Shown here: positions 19,556 to 29,441 of the stretch, piece by piece
Numbering within the stretch: position 1 is the first letter of the stretch
Layout: each line of letters opens with the position of its first letter
Assembly (NCBI GenBank): GCA_963790655.1
Contig: CAWBPT010000037.1
Location: forward strand, 642-64,641
Reading direction: 5' to 3'
Source: an uncultured delta proteobacterium
GTDB lineage: Bacteria; Desulfobacterota; Desulfobaccia; Desulfobaccales; 0-14-0-80-60-11
Length of the DNA stretch: 64,000 nt
The notes under the pieces: model-generated
Database searches by the model: none
What the model was told of the DNA's origin: nothing
What the model saw: only the letters and a program-made list of their open reading frames with translations
Made by a program: the position numbers and the translations under genes

Positions 19556-20566
19556 ATGGAGATTCCGGAAACGATGCGGGCCATGGTGCTGGAAGCGGCA
19601 GGGAGGCCTTTGCAAGCCCGGGAGGTACCGGTGCCCCGGCCGGGCCCGGACCAGGTGCTCATTCGGGTCCACGCCTGCGGGGTCTGCCGCACCGATTTGC
19701 ACATTGTGGACGGCGAACTCACCGAACCCAAACTGCCCCTGATCCTGGGCCACGAAATCGTGGGCACCGTGGCGGCGATGGGTGAGGCCGTGACCCAGTT
19801 CCGCCCGGGGGACCGCATCGGGGTGCCGTGGCTGGGCCGCACCTGCGGCCGCTGCCGCTACTGCTTGCGCGGCCAGGAAAACCTGTGCGACTTCCCCCAG
19901 TTCACCGGCTACACCCTGGATGGGGGCTACGCCCAATACGCCGTGGCCCATGAGCACTACACCTTTTACCTGCCCCAGGGCTACGGCGAAGCTGAGCTGG
20001 CTCCCCTGCTCTGCGCCGGGCTCATCGGTTACCGCTCCTACCGGATGGCGGGCGAAAACGTGGAGCGCCTGGGGATTTACGGGTTCGGCGCCGCGGCCCA
20101 CATCCTCATCCAGGTGGCGGCGTACCAGGGGAAGCGCGTCTTTGCCTTCACCCGCCCGGGCGACACCGAAACCCAGGAGTTCGCCCGGCGGTTGGGGGCC
20201 GTTTGGGCCGGGGGCTCCGATACGCTCCCCCCGGAGGAACTGGACGCGGCCATCATCTTTGCGCCGGTGGGGGCGCTCATCCCCGCGGCCCTAAGGGCCA
20301 CCGCCAAGGGCGGCACGGTGGTGAGCGGCGGCATCCATATGAGCGACATCCCGTCCTTCCCCTACGACATCCTCTGGGGCGAGCGGGTGGTGCGTTCTGT
20401 CGCCAACCTCACCCGCCGGGACGGCGAGGAATTTCTTACCATCGCCCCCAAAGTTCCCGTCAAAACCGAGGTCCAGCTTTTTCCCCTAATGGAAGCCAAC
20501 GACGCCCTGAACCGTCTGCGCGCCGGCCAGATCCAGGGGGCTGCGGTGCTGGTGGTGAGCGAGTGA
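19556..20566 (+). CDS. Zinc-dependent alcohol dehydrogenase (MDR family)
   Basis: Motifs ACGVCRTDLH, GHEIVG and the structural zinc CGRCRYCLRGQENLC. GGGAG lies 7 nt before ATG 19556; a GTG at 19550 is an alternative start. Confidence 0.85.
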   Translation: MEIPETMRAMVLEAAGRPLQAREVPVPRPGPDQVLIRVHACGVCRTDLHIVDGELTEPKLPLILGHEIVGTVAAMGEAVTQFRPGDRIGVPWLGRTCGRCRYCLRGQENLCDFPQFTGYTLDGGYAQYAVAHEHYTFYLPQGYGEAELAPLLCAGLIGYRSYRMAGENVERLGIYGFGAAAHILIQVAAYQGKRVFAFTRPGDTETQEFARRLGAVWAGGSDTLPPEELDAAIIFAPVGALIPAALRATAKGGTVVSGGIHMSDIPSFPYDILWGERVVRSVANLTRRDGEEFLTIAPKVPVKTEVQLFPLMEANDALNRLRAGQIQGAAVLVVSE

Positions 20567-20574
20567 CAGGATAG

Positions 20575-20637
20575 TTGAGGGGAGGGCCGGGGGACAAAAG
20601 CCCCCCGCCCTCCCCTCAAACTCCCCTCCCCACCCCC
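20575..20637. repeat. Family A G/C-run palindrome immediately 3' of adh (terminator-like, no T tract)
   Basis: ttgaggggagggccggggg-acaaaag-ccccccgccctcccctcaa (18 of 19 positions pair), followed by actcccctccccaccccc. Confidence 0.75.
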
Positions 20638-20780
20638 ATTAAGAGGCCGGAAAAGGCGGGGCAACGCCCCGACTTTTCCGACCTTGATATCTGCAAGTGT
20701 CAATCAGCGTTAATGAAATCCAATTTCAAAAGTTAATGAGGCCCTAATACCTTAAAGCTATTTGCCACCCGGCCCTCCTC

Positions 20781-21680
20781 TCAACTTGCCTTGCGGATGA
20801 ACTCCCCGGGGAAATGTGAAGTGCAGGCCATGACGTGGGTGATAGCTTCCCGGTCGTATTCGTCGCCGGAGCGGTAGGTGCGGAAAAAGCGGTTGAGCTT
20901 GGCCACCCGGTCCGGGTCCGCCCCCACGGCCTGGAGGCCCAGGGAAACGCCGTAGTTGGTGAAGGCGAACTTGACCTGGGGGAGATGCGGGTAACGGCAG
21001 AAATAGCCGGGCGGGTCGAGCCACATGCGGTCCAGGGCGGCCAGGGAGCGCTGCCGCTGAAGGATGGCCCAGGGCTCGCCCGGGAAAAAGTGGGTGAACC
21101 AGAGCATCATGCCCAGGCCCAGGTCCTGCTGGATTTCCAGGTCCTGGTAGCTCAACTCCACCAGTTCTTTCATCTCGCCGATTTCCTCGGCCAGCTCCCG
21201 GGGGGCCAGGGTGCGGTAGACCACGTAGCCGTGAAAGGCATCCAGGGCCCCGAAGCCGTACCCCGGATAGGGCCCGCTCAGGTCCTCCCGCATCTTCCAG
21301 AACACGCCCACCCCGGGCCGTACAAAGGGGTGATGAATCTCCCGCACCAGCGCCACGGCCCGCTCCCGGTAGGCCGGCTCGATGTGGCCCAAGCGGCCCA
21401 GGGCATAGACCCACATGGCGAGATAATGGAAGTACTGGCCGTCCCGGTCCGGGGCCTCGCCGATACGGATTCCTGAGGGCCGGCCCAGGACCCGGTCCAC
21501 CTCCGCGACCACCCACCGGGCCTGATCCAGATATTGCTCCTCTTTGAGTTCGCGGTAGAGGGACGTGAGGAGCACCACGCCGAAGGCGTCGGTCCAGAGG
21601 TAGCGCCCCCCATTGGGCCAGATTTGCTCTTCCCGCATCCAGCGCAGCTTGTCGAGAACTGCGGCAATGGCTTTATCCAT
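20781..21680 (-). CDS. Hypothetical protein, function not recognised
   Basis: 299-aa ORF with coding-like composition (WTDAFGVVLL.., GQYFHYLAMWVYALGRLG). The overlapping ORFs are Gly/Pro/Arg-rich shadows. Confidence 0.5.
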   Translation of the reverse strand: MDKAIAAVLDKLRWMREEQIWPNGGRYLWTDAFGVVLLTSLYRELKEEQYLDQARWVVAEVDRVLGRPSGIRIGEAPDRDGQYFHYLAMWVYALGRLGHIEPAYRERAVALVREIHHPFVRPGVGVFWKMREDLSGPYPGYGFGALDAFHGYVVYRTLAPRELAEEIGEMKELVELSYQDLEIQQDLGLGMMLWFTHFFPGEPWAILQRQRSLAALDRMWLDPPGYFCRYPHLPQVKFAFTNYGVSLGLQAVGADPDRVAKLNRFFRTYRSGDEYDREAITHVMACTSHFPGEFIRKAS

Positions 21681-21724
21681 TAAAGCTCCTTAGGCTTATT
21701 AATGGTAGGGGAAAAAGATTCATT

Positions 21725-21763
21725 CACCCCCACCCCAACCCTCCCCCCTCAAGGGGGAGGGAG
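21725..21763. repeat. Family A G/C-run palindrome
   Basis: cacccccaccccaaccctcccccctcaagggggagggag is the same motif as at 12189..12296 and 20575..20637. Confidence 0.75.
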
Positions 21764-21790
21764 CCCCATCTGAATGCTGGGTGTTTTAAG

Positions 21791-21875
21791 TCCCCCTTTC
21801 TTAAAGGGGGATTTAGGGGGATTATTAAGTGGTTATTTAATCCCCCTTACCTCCCTTTAGAAAAAGGGGGGAAAA
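21791..21875. repeat. Family B repeat (cccccttt..aaaggggg-atttaggggg-att) plus its inverted partner
   Basis: tccccctttcttaaagggggatttagggggatt (21791..21823) and aatcccccttacctccctttagaaaaagggggg (21839..21871). The same motif occurs at 8236..8299. Confidence 0.75.
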
Positions 21876-22011
21876 AACCATTGTTTTAAATGTCACTGCA
21901 ATAATGAAACAGCATAATAGTTCTTTCTGATAAGTGCAGCGATGAGGTTCCGCGAGCCCCTTACAAAAAAGTCCCCCGGACCTCCCCTCAAACAACTCTT
22001 TCACCATCCAT

Positions 22012-22722
22012 TTATTCCGCCGGGTAGCCGTATTTGCCTTTCAGGGGGATGTAAGCCACCTGTTCCACCACTTCTTCGCACCATCTCTGGGGCCCCAGAC
22101 GGATGACCAGCACCAGGTCCTGAACCTGGTGGGGCGGGCCCACCGGGCCGACGAGGCGCCCCCCCACGGCCAGTTGCTCCAGCAACGGAGGCGGCACCCG
22201 AGGGGCCGCGGCCGTAAAACAGATGCGGTCATAGGGGGCCAGGGGCGGGTAACCCAGGGAGCCATCCCGGTTAATGAGCAAGATCTGGTGATAACCCAGG
22301 CGGAGCAAGTTTTCCCGGGCAAAGGCAAAGGTTAAGGGGTCAATCTCCAGGGTCACCACCACCCCTGCCGATTCCACCACTTCCCAGGCCAGGGCGGCGC
22401 CATAGCCGGAGCCGCTGCCCACCTCCAGAAAGCAGTGGCCCCGGTCCAGATGCAGGGCCTCGTAGAATAGGGGATAGCTGTGGGGGCAGGAGATGGTGGC
22501 CTCCCCCGGCAGGGGCAAGGGCACTTCCTGGTAGGCATAGTCCCGGTAGGGCTCCGGGATAAAGGCCTCCCGGGGGACTCGGAGCATGGCCTGCCGCAGC
22601 CGGGGGGAACGCAACAACCCCCGGGCTCGAAGCTCCTGCACCTTGTCACGGCGCTCCCTGGCAAACTCCCGGGGAGTCTTGAAGGAGGGCACAGGCGGCG
22701 GAATAATCCAGCCTACCGGCAT
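22012..22722 (-). CDS. pcm: Protein-L-isoaspartate O-methyltransferase
   Basis: Motifs VPREAFIPE, ISCPHSYPLFYEAL and the SAM motif LEVGSGSGYGAA, with the C-terminal GGRLV.PVG pattern. Confidence 0.85.
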   Translation of the reverse strand: MPVGWIIPPPVPSFKTPREFARERRDKVQELRARGLLRSPRLRQAMLRVPREAFIPEPYRDYAYQEVPLPLPGEATISCPHSYPLFYEALHLDRGHCFLEVGSGSGYGAALAWEVVESAGVVVTLEIDPLTFAFARENLLRLGYHQILLINRDGSLGYPPLAPYDRICFTAAAPRVPPPLLEQLAVGGRLVGPVGPPHQVQDLVLVIRLGPQRWCEEVVEQVAYIPLKGKYGYPAE

Positions 22723-22819
22723 AAATCCCCTTGGGGTAGGAAATTAAGGGAAAGTTAATACCGGCAAAGCGGATAAACCAGGGGGGACTTCGTTTATCCC
22801 AAACCGGGGTAAGCGCCTT

Positions 22820-23608
22820 TCACCCTGCGGATCGTGCTGTGGAGTCTTCCCCGGACCTGCCGCGGCCCGCTTTGGCGCCGAATAGCCGCAGCAACTCCGC
22901 CCGGGTTTGCGCGGCAAAGTCGTCCGTCAGGGCGTAATCCCAGTGATGGCGGCGGAAAAATTGCCGGACCTGGCTGCGGTAGTTCAAGGGGTCCATCATG
23001 ACGAAACCCACAAAGGGCCCGATGAGGTCATAGAGCCTGGCCGGTTGCATGGGTAGCATGGGGGCGATGAACACCCAGGGCTCCAAGCCCGCGGCGTGTA
23101 ATGCTTTCAAAGCCGCGACCCTGGCCCCGATGGGCGGCGCCTGGGGCTCCAGTATTTTTCGGACCCGGTCGTCATCCGTGGGGATGGAAAGGCCCACGGT
23201 GGCGCCGGGCGCCGCAGCCAAAAGATCCAGGTCCCGGGTCACCAGGGGAGACCGGGTCAGGATATCGATGCCCCAGCCGAATTCTATTAATAATTCCAGG
23301 CACTGCCGGGTGAGCCGGTGGCGGCCCTCTGCGGGCTGGTACGGGTCGCAGACGCTGGAGAGCAGAGCCCTGGCAACCTGCTTTTTTCTCCGGAGCTCAC
23401 CCCGCAAAACCTGGGCGATATTGATTTTGGCCTCCACGAAGCTACCCCAGGGAGCGCCCCGATGGTGGCGGGCAAATTTGCCCATGAAGGCGGCGTAGCA
23501 ATAGCGGCAGCCGTGGCCGCAACCCAGGTAGGGGTTGATGACGTATTCCACTCCCGGAATCCCGGATTTAACCAGGGCCGTTTTGACGGTTATTTCAGTG
23601 AGGTGCAT
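22820..23608 (-). CDS. Radical SAM protein (SplB/COG1533-like)
   Basis: The N-terminal INPYLGCGHGCRYCYA carries the CxxxCxxC radical-SAM cluster motif. Confidence 0.75.
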   Translation of the reverse strand: MHLTEITVKTALVKSGIPGVEYVINPYLGCGHGCRYCYAAFMGKFARHHRGAPWGSFVEAKINIAQVLRGELRRKKQVARALLSSVCDPYQPAEGRHRLTRQCLELLIEFGWGIDILTRSPLVTRDLDLLAAAPGATVGLSIPTDDDRVRKILEPQAPPIGARVAALKALHAAGLEPWVFIAPMLPMQPARLYDLIGPFVGFVMMDPLNYRSQVRQFFRRHHWDYALTDDFAAQTRAELLRLFGAKAGRGRSGEDSTARSAG

Positions 23609-23709
23609 AGATTTTTGCCATGGGGTCGGGTCCCATGACGGTTATAATGGAGCTCTACAAAAACTTATTTGCGGGAAGGGGCGTGCTTTCATCCGGCCCC
23701 TCCCCTGAA

Positions 23710-23739
23710 TTGAGTTCCCACAAATACATTATATATAAT
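23710..23739 (+). promoter_or_regulatory. Sigma-70-like promoter candidate TTGAGT-N18-TATAAT
   Basis: It lies in an AT-rich stretch ~50 nt upstream of the LMW-PTP start codon. Confidence 0.35.
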
Positions 23740-23787
23740 ATTAGGCATGGTTGAAGCGTCTCGAACGACGGGAAGCATTGCAAAATT

Positions 23788-24210
23788 ATGCCGGTAAAGA
23801 TCGATAAGCCGAAGATAGTTTTCATCTGCCTGGGGAATTCATGCCGCAGCATCATGGCCGAAGCCCTGGCCAGACATATTTTCGGAGGAACCCTGGTGGC
23901 GGCCTCCGCCGGGATAAACCCCCTGGGGGTGGTGGCCCGGGAAACGCTCCAGGTGTTGGCGGAAATTGGGGTGAGCGCCGCAGGGCTGCGCTCCAAGGGG
24001 CTGGGGGAAGTTGATTTCCAGGGTTGCCGTCTGATCGTCAACCTGACGGATTATTCCCTGGGAACCCTTATTCCCGCCTCCGGCAAGGGGATGGTGATCA
24101 ATCGGGTCGTTATCGACCCGTACGGGGGCAGCCTGGAGCTTTACCGGCGGACCAGGGATGACATCCGCCGCTTTCTGGTGGAAGAGCTTTTACCCGAAAT
24201 CAGCCCATAA
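23788..24210 (+). CDS. Low-molecular-weight protein tyrosine phosphatase / ArsC-like family
   Basis: P-loop VFICLGNSCRS (CX5R-S) and a downstream DPY motif (VIDPYGG). Confidence 0.8.
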   Translation: MPVKIDKPKIVFICLGNSCRSIMAEALARHIFGGTLVAASAGINPLGVVARETLQVLAEIGVSAAGLRSKGLGEVDFQGCRLIVNLTDYSLGTLIPASGKGMVINRVVIDPYGGSLELYRRTRDDIRRFLVEELLPEISP

Positions 24211-24213
24211 AAA

Positions 24214-24232
24214 AGGCGGCCTGAGGCCGCCT
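24214..24232. terminator. Hairpin aggcggcc-tga-ggccgcct between convergent genes
   Basis: An 8-bp GC stem preceded by an A-run, positioned between the PTP stop and the RRM gene stop. Confidence 0.6.
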
Positions 24233-24265
24233 AATGATTATCCGGAATTCCCAAGTGGGTCAGCG

Positions 24266-24562
24266 TTAACGGTAACCGCGACCCCGGCCGCCCCCGCCGC
24301 CAAAGGAGCCTTTTTGCTGCGGCCTGGCTTCGTTGACTGTCAGGGTGCGCCCCTCTACTTCCTTGCCGTTGAGCATGGAAATGGCCTTCTGGCCTTCCGC
24401 TTTGGTTTCCATCTCCACAAAGCCAAAGCCCCGGGGCAGACCCGTTTGCCGGTCGGTGATGATCTTGGCTGAAGCCACATTGCCGGCCTCGGAAAAGAGT
24501 TCCTTCAACTGGTCTTCGGTAATCTGCTGGGGCAGGTTGCCCACGTATAATTTTATGCTCAT
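24266..24562 (-). CDS. RRM-type RNA-binding protein with Gly/Arg tail
   Basis: RNP2 (LYVGNL), RNP1 (RGFGFVEM) and a C-terminal GGGGGRGRGYR tail. Confidence 0.9.
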   Translation of the reverse strand: MSIKLYVGNLPQQITEDQLKELFSEAGNVASAKIITDRQTGLPRGFGFVEMETKAEGQKAISMLNGKEVEGRTLTVNEARPQQKGSFGGGGGRGRGYR

Positions 24563-24634
24563 ATCTTCTCTCCTTGTCGGTCTTGCCGGGGTGCACTCCG
24601 TGCCAAGCAGGGTTACCTTGCCTGGGGACCAAAC

Positions 24635-24674
24635 GTCAAAACTCCGAGGGTCCTGGGACCGCCGGAGTTTTGAC
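24635..24674 (-). terminator. 12-bp stem hairpin 3' of the cold-shock gene
   Basis: gtcaaaactccg ... cggagttttgac with a structured loop, 16 nt downstream of the csp stop on the minus strand. The U tract is weak. Confidence 0.5.
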
Positions 24675-24689
24675 TTCAGGCTTCACATG

Positions 24690-24893
24690 CTAAATCTTGA
24701 CCACGTTCTGGGCTTGGGCCCCTTTGGGACCCTGGACCACCTCAAACTCCACCTCCTGGTCCTCTGCCAGGGAGCGGAAGCCTTCGCCCTGGATGGCGCT
24801 GTGATGCACAAACACGTCCGGACCACTTTCCCGGGAGATGAAACCAAAGCCCTTGGAGTCATTGAACCATTTTACCCTACCAGTTTCCTTCAT
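24690..24893 (-). CDS. cspA: Cold-shock protein (CspA family)
   Basis: [15 protein letters not shown] and [14 protein letters not shown] lies upstream of the internal ATG at 24893; the longer start in the ORF track was rejected. Confidence 0.9.
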   Translation of the reverse strand: MKETGRVKWFNDSKGFGFISRESGPDVFVHHSAIQGEGFRSLAEDQEVEFEVVQGPKGAQAQNVVKI

Positions 24894-25177
24894 GCTGAAA
24901 GAACCTCCTACCGATGGTGCCATAATTTTCCTGCCAAAAAAGCAGGGCGCGCAGCAGTCAGCAAAAAAAAATCGGCGAGAAATTAGCATCCCCGTCCGAT
25001 TTGTGCCCAGGACTTATGGCCCTGCTTTCAGTCTGACATGCTAAACGGGTCATATAATATAACAGAATTCTGTAATGTCAAGACAATTAACTGCCTCGAC
25101 CCCGGCGATGGTCCTGTTTCCCGGGTCGATTATCCGGCGTCGGAGAAAGAAAAGTCGTAGCCCCCGGCTTCCTTACT

Positions 25178-27178
25178 TCAGGGATGGGGGATGGCCATAT
25201 CGAAATGGTATTCCCCCGGGGTCTCTTCCATGAACTCCTCGGCGCGAAATCCCGGGATCAGCTGCTGTAAAATTTTCAGAATCCCTGCTTCATCGTTCCG
25301 GCTGATGGATTTCTCCAAGCGAGTGACGGCCTCATCCAGGTCAATCATGAAAGGACTGGCGCCGTTTTCCGCAATGAATATCTTGTAATGGCCGGTTCTG
25401 CCGCATACTTCGCCAGGGGCAAACAGTTCTTCGTAGAGTTTCTCGCCCGGGCGCAATCCGGTAAAAATGATATCCAGGTCTTGCCCCACCTTAAAGCCCG
25501 ACAGTCTGATCATGTCTCGGGCCAGGTCGGTAATTTTAATGGGTTCCCCCATATCCAGGACGAACACCTCACCGCCTTTTCCCATGGTGGCGGCCTGGAG
25601 GACTAATTGCACTGCCTCGGGAATGGTCATGAAATAACGCCGCATCTCCGGATGAGTAACGGTAACGGGGCCGCCTTGGGCGATCTGCTGTTTGAAAGTA
25701 TTTAAGACACTGCCCCGGCTCCCCAAGACGTTGCCGAACCGGACGGTGCAATAAGGTTTCTTCTGAGTCCTGGCTGCCTGATACACCAAATATTCGGCAA
25801 TCCTTTTGCTGGCGCCCATAATACTGGTGGGGTTAATGGCTTTGTCCGAGGAAATCATGAGAAAATGCTCCACCCCCATGGCCATGGAGACTTGCAACAA
25901 CGTACGCGTGCCCACCACATTGTTGAGGACGGCTTCTGCCGGGTTCATTTCCATCAGAGGCACGTGCTTATGGGCTGCCGCATGGAAAACAATTTCCGGT
26001 CGATATTTTTGGAAGGTATGGCGCAAACGGTGAGCGGAGCGAATATCGGCAATTATGGGGATGACCCGGCAAGCCTTCGACAAAGAAGCCAGCGCGGGCC
26101 TGCCGGCGCCATCGCCCTCAACCTTCCCGGCTATGGTCCCAGCTAGGGAGGGTCTCTTGAGAACTATCCTTTGGGAGAGTTCATGGTGGATATCAAAAAT
26201 TCTATTTTCGCCGTGCCCCAACACCAGCAGTTCCGCGGGGCCCAAGTCCAGCAACTGGCGGCAGAGCTCGCTGCCTATGGACCCGCCTCCGCCGGTAACC
26301 ATGACTTTCTTGCCGCGAATCAATTGCTTGACCAGGGTGAAGTCGGTCTCCACCGGATTCCGGCGCAATAAATCTTCGATCTGGACGTTGCGCAATTGGC
26401 TGACGGTGACGGCGCCTCCCAACAGTTCATAAATTCCCGGCATAATCTTGGTCTCGAGGCCGAGGTCTTTGCAGACGTTGACAATTTCCCGGACAACTTT
26501 CCCATGAACCCCGGGCATGGCAATGATTAATCGGTCCACCCGGTGGCTGGCCAACAATCCTTGAATATCATGCCTTGAACCCAGTACCGGCACCCCGTGA
26601 ATGGCCAGTCTCTGCTTGTTGGGATCGTCATCCAGAAAGCCAACGACCTTCAGGCCCAGCTGAGGATTGCGGAGGATCTCTTTAAAGATCATGGACCCGG
26701 CTTTGCCCGCACCCATAATCAACACCCGAAGGGCAGAGCCGTTCCCATCATGGGCGTAAAGATGGCGCCTGGAGATTAAAACCCGGATGGCAAAGCGCGG
26801 TCCCGCGGCAAATGCCAGGGAGATGAGCAGGAAAATGAGCGGGATGGAGCGAGGTAAGACGGCGAACCCGGGTAAAGCAAAGGTCCTGAAGACGTAACTG
26901 ATTAGAGCGGTCAACAGGATCGCCGAGATGCTCGACTTGCATAATAACAACAATTCATCTATGGAAGCAATCTGCCAATAACGCCGGTAAACTCCCATTT
27001 TACAGAAAACGCCAAGATTAACGATTAATGCAACTAAAGTAAAAAATCCCCAGGTCATCCAATAACTATCAAGGCAGATTTTTTCCAATCTGAGCACAAA
27101 GCTGAGATAGGAGGCAATAATAACGGCCGCCACGTCAAAAATAAAGAAATGCCGGTTGCGTAGTCTAGAGGCCATCAT
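25178..27178 (-). CDS. Membrane-anchored nucleotide-sugar 4,6-dehydratase/epimerase (CapD/WbpM/PglF family)
   Basis: N-terminal TM helices, two Rossmann motifs (GAGKAG, VTGGGGSIGSEL), and AAHKHVPLME, GASKR.AE. Confidence 0.85.
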   Translation of the reverse strand: MMASRLRNRHFFIFDVAAVIIASYLSFVLRLEKICLDSYWMTWGFFTLVALIVNLGVFCKMGVYRRYWQIASIDELLLLCKSSISAILLTALISYVFRTFALPGFAVLPRSIPLIFLLISLAFAAGPRFAIRVLISRRHLYAHDGNGSALRVLIMGAGKAGSMIFKEILRNPQLGLKVVGFLDDDPNKQRLAIHGVPVLGSRHDIQGLLASHRVDRLIIAMPGVHGKVVREIVNVCKDLGLETKIMPGIYELLGGAVTVSQLRNVQIEDLLRRNPVETDFTLVKQLIRGKKVMVTGGGGSIGSELCRQLLDLGPAELLVLGHGENRIFDIHHELSQRIVLKRPSLAGTIAGKVEGDGAGRPALASLSKACRVIPIIADIRSAHRLRHTFQKYRPEIVFHAAAHKHVPLMEMNPAEAVLNNVVGTRTLLQVSMAMGVEHFLMISSDKAINPTSIMGASKRIAEYLVYQAARTQKKPYCTVRFGNVLGSRGSVLNTFKQQIAQGGPVTVTHPEMRRYFMTIPEAVQLVLQAATMGKGGEVFVLDMGEPIKITDLARDMIRLSGFKVGQDLDIIFTGLRPGEKLYEELFAPGEVCGRTGHYKIFIAENGASPFMIDLDEAVTRLEKSISRNDEAGILKILQQLIPGFRAEEFMEETPGEYHFDMAIPHP

Positions 27179-27351
27179 AATTGCGGTTACCCATCAATAA
27201 ACGGTAGCCCCCGGTAAAACGGCCGGGCTCCCAAGCGGCGAGCCTGGCGGTTTAATGGGTGTGGGTGAGGTTAATCTTCCCGGTCATTAAATGAATCGGC
27301 AGATCCCTGAATAAGTTAGGCGATTTTTTTTAAGTTGCGGATTCGTTTGCT

Positions 27352-28197
27352 TTAGGGGCCGGTTTTCGGGCAGGATAGTCCACCCGGGTTATTCCTCCGG
27401 GCGACGCAATAGATGATTTTCCGGTCAAAGGTCCTGGCTCCGGCAGGGAGGCGTTCCAGGGGGTATAAGGCGGCGAGGCCCTCCTGCACCTCCCGGGGCA
27501 GGGGGGAGAGCTTGCCATAGAAAATTCGCTTGAAGCGGGCCCGGCCTTCCAGAGATTGGGGCAGCAAATCCAGGGCCACCACCAGCCGGCGGATTAGCGA
27601 GACCAATTTCTGGGGGAAAGAAGCGACTTGGGCGGGAAAAGCCCCGTAAAATTCCAGGTCGGTAAAGTTCGTCAGACTTAATAAGTCACCCAGTTCTGGC
27701 ACGGAATAGTAGCGGGTGCTGAAGGGACTGGGCCCGAACTCGGTCCAATCTTTATTGACCGTGGAGATGAGGAGGATGCCGTCGTCAGCCAGCACCCGCC
27801 GGACCTCGGCCAGGAAGCCGGCCGCATTTTGGAGGTAGTAGATGGCTTCCAGAATGACCACCAAATCAAAGGAGCCGCTCCGGAAAGGCAGGTGATGCGC
27901 GTCCAGCCGGAGCAGGGGGACGCGCTGCCGGTAATGGGACCGGGCCAGACGGAGGAGGTTTTCGGTATAATCCCCCCCCACCGCCAGACTGGCGTCCCGA
28001 GCCAGATAACCCAGGCCCAGGCCGGCGCCGCAGGCGACCTCCAGAACTCGCCGGCCCCCGGCATATCGCGACGCGGTGTGGTAGCGGTGATACAGCCGGG
28101 CCAGTTGCTCCCCGGTGGCCCGGCCGCCGGGTATTTCGGTAACGGCGCGGTAATCATCGGTCAGGCCAGCCGGTATCCCCTCGGACCCACCCTTCAT
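27352..28197 (-). CDS. Class I SAM-dependent methyltransferase
   Basis: Motif I VLEVACGAGLG. A 4-nt overlap with the upstream gene suggests translational coupling. Confidence 0.75.
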   Translation of the reverse strand: MKGGSEGIPAGLTDDYRAVTEIPGGRATGEQLARLYHRYHTASRYAGGRRVLEVACGAGLGLGYLARDASLAVGGDYTENLLRLARSHYRQRVPLLRLDAHHLPFRSGSFDLVVILEAIYYLQNAAGFLAEVRRVLADDGILLISTVNKDWTEFGPSPFSTRYYSVPELGDLLSLTNFTDLEFYGAFPAQVASFPQKLVSLIRRLVVALDLLPQSLEGRARFKRIFYGKLSPLPREVQEGLAALYPLERLPAGARTFDRKIIYCVARRNNPGGLSCPKTGP

Positions 28198-29366
28198 CCC
28201 AGTAAGCCTCGCTGCAGATGCGCTCTCACCTTCTTTAAGGTTTCTTCTTGCTTGCAGAAGGCGAACCTCACCAGGTTCTTCCCCTTGGCCGCCTCGGAGT
28301 AGAAGGAGGACCCCGGAACGGTGGCCACTCCGGCGATTTCCAGCAGTTTCAAGCTAAAGGCGAAATCGTCGTTCACCCCGAACCGGGCCCGCAAGGCCTC
28401 GGTTCCGGCGAGGAGGTAATAAGACCCTTGGGGCAGGGAGACCCGGAATCCCGTTTCCAGCAACGCCTGGAAAAGGAGCTTCCTGGCGCGGTGATAGCGG
28501 GTTTGCAGCTGCTCGTAGTAGGCAGCCGGCGATTTAAGGGCAAAGGCGGCCGCGGCCTGGAAGGGCGTAGGCGCGCCCACCGTCAAGAAATCGTGCACCT
28601 TCCTGATGCGGCCGGTGATTTTCTCCGGGGCGATGGCCCAACCCACGCGCCACCCGGTGACGCAGTAGGTCTTGGAAACGGAATTAATGGTGATGGTGCG
28701 GTCCCGCATCCCATCCAAGGAGGCCAGGGAAATATGTTCCGCCCCATCGTAAAGAATGTGCTCGTAGATTTCGTCGGTGATGGCCAGGCAATCCCATTTA
28801 AGGCAAAGCCGGGAGATCTCCGTCAGCTCCTCCCGGGAGAAAACCTTCCCGGTGGGATTATTGGGAGTGTTGATGATAATCGCCTTGGTATGTGGGCCGA
28901 AAGCCGCCGCCAGCTCCTCCGGGTCATACTTCCATTCCGGCGGTTTCAGGGCCACGTATCTGGGGCGGGCTCCCGAGAGAATGGCGTCCGGCCCGTAATT
29001 TTCATAGAAAGGCTCGAACACGATGATCTCATCTCCCGGGTTGACCACGGCCTTGAGGGAGGCGATCATGGCTTCGGTGGCCCCGCAGGTCACGGTGATC
29101 TCCGTTTCCGGGTCGCAGCGCAGGCCGTTGTAACTCCGGGCCTGCGCGGCAATGGCCTCCCGCAGGTTCCTCTCGCCATAAGTAATGGGATATTGGTTGT
29201 GACCTTGGCGGATGGCCTGGACCGCGGCTTCCTTGATTTCCTTGGGGGCGTCGAAGTCCGGGAAGCCCTGGGCCAGGTTATATCCTCCTTGGACCTCGCA
29301 AATCCTGGTCATCTCCCGGATAACCGACTCTTCGAACCTTTCGGTTATGTAGGATAAAGGCTTCAT
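28194..29366 (-). CDS. Class I/II (aspartate/YbdL-like) PLP-dependent aminotransferase
   Basis: Motifs NLAQGFPDF, NNPTG and SVSKTY (PLP lysine). The Met at 29366 is preferred over 29423. Confidence 0.8.
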   Translation of the reverse strand: MKPLSYITERFEESVIREMTRICEVQGGYNLAQGFPDFDAPKEIKEAAVQAIRQGHNQYPITYGERNLREAIAAQARSYNGLRCDPETEITVTCGATEAMIASLKAVVNPGDEIIVFEPFYENYGPDAILSGARPRYVALKPPEWKYDPEELAAAFGPHTKAIIINTPNNPTGKVFSREELTEISRLCLKWDCLAITDEIYEHILYDGAEHISLASLDGMRDRTITINSVSKTYCVTGWRVGWAIAPEKITGRIRKVHDFLTVGAPTPFQAAAAFALKSPAAYYEQLQTRYHRARKLLFQALLETGFRVSLPQGSYYLLAGTEALRARFGVNDDFAFSLKLLEIAGVATVPGSSFYSEAAKGKNLVRFAFCKQEETLKKVRAHLQRGLLG

Positions 29367-29441
29367 AGGTTCCCCTGCCGGCAAATTTATCCCGTTATAC
29401 CATGGGGCTGTGGCTCTGGGCATAATCCATCATCCTCTTTT

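Noticed and set aside
8236-21875. Whether the repeated G/C-run motifs could form a CRISPR array.
   Set aside because: The copies are kilobases apart or occur as inverted pairs. There are no regularly spaced direct repeats with unique spacers, and no cas genes lie in the window.
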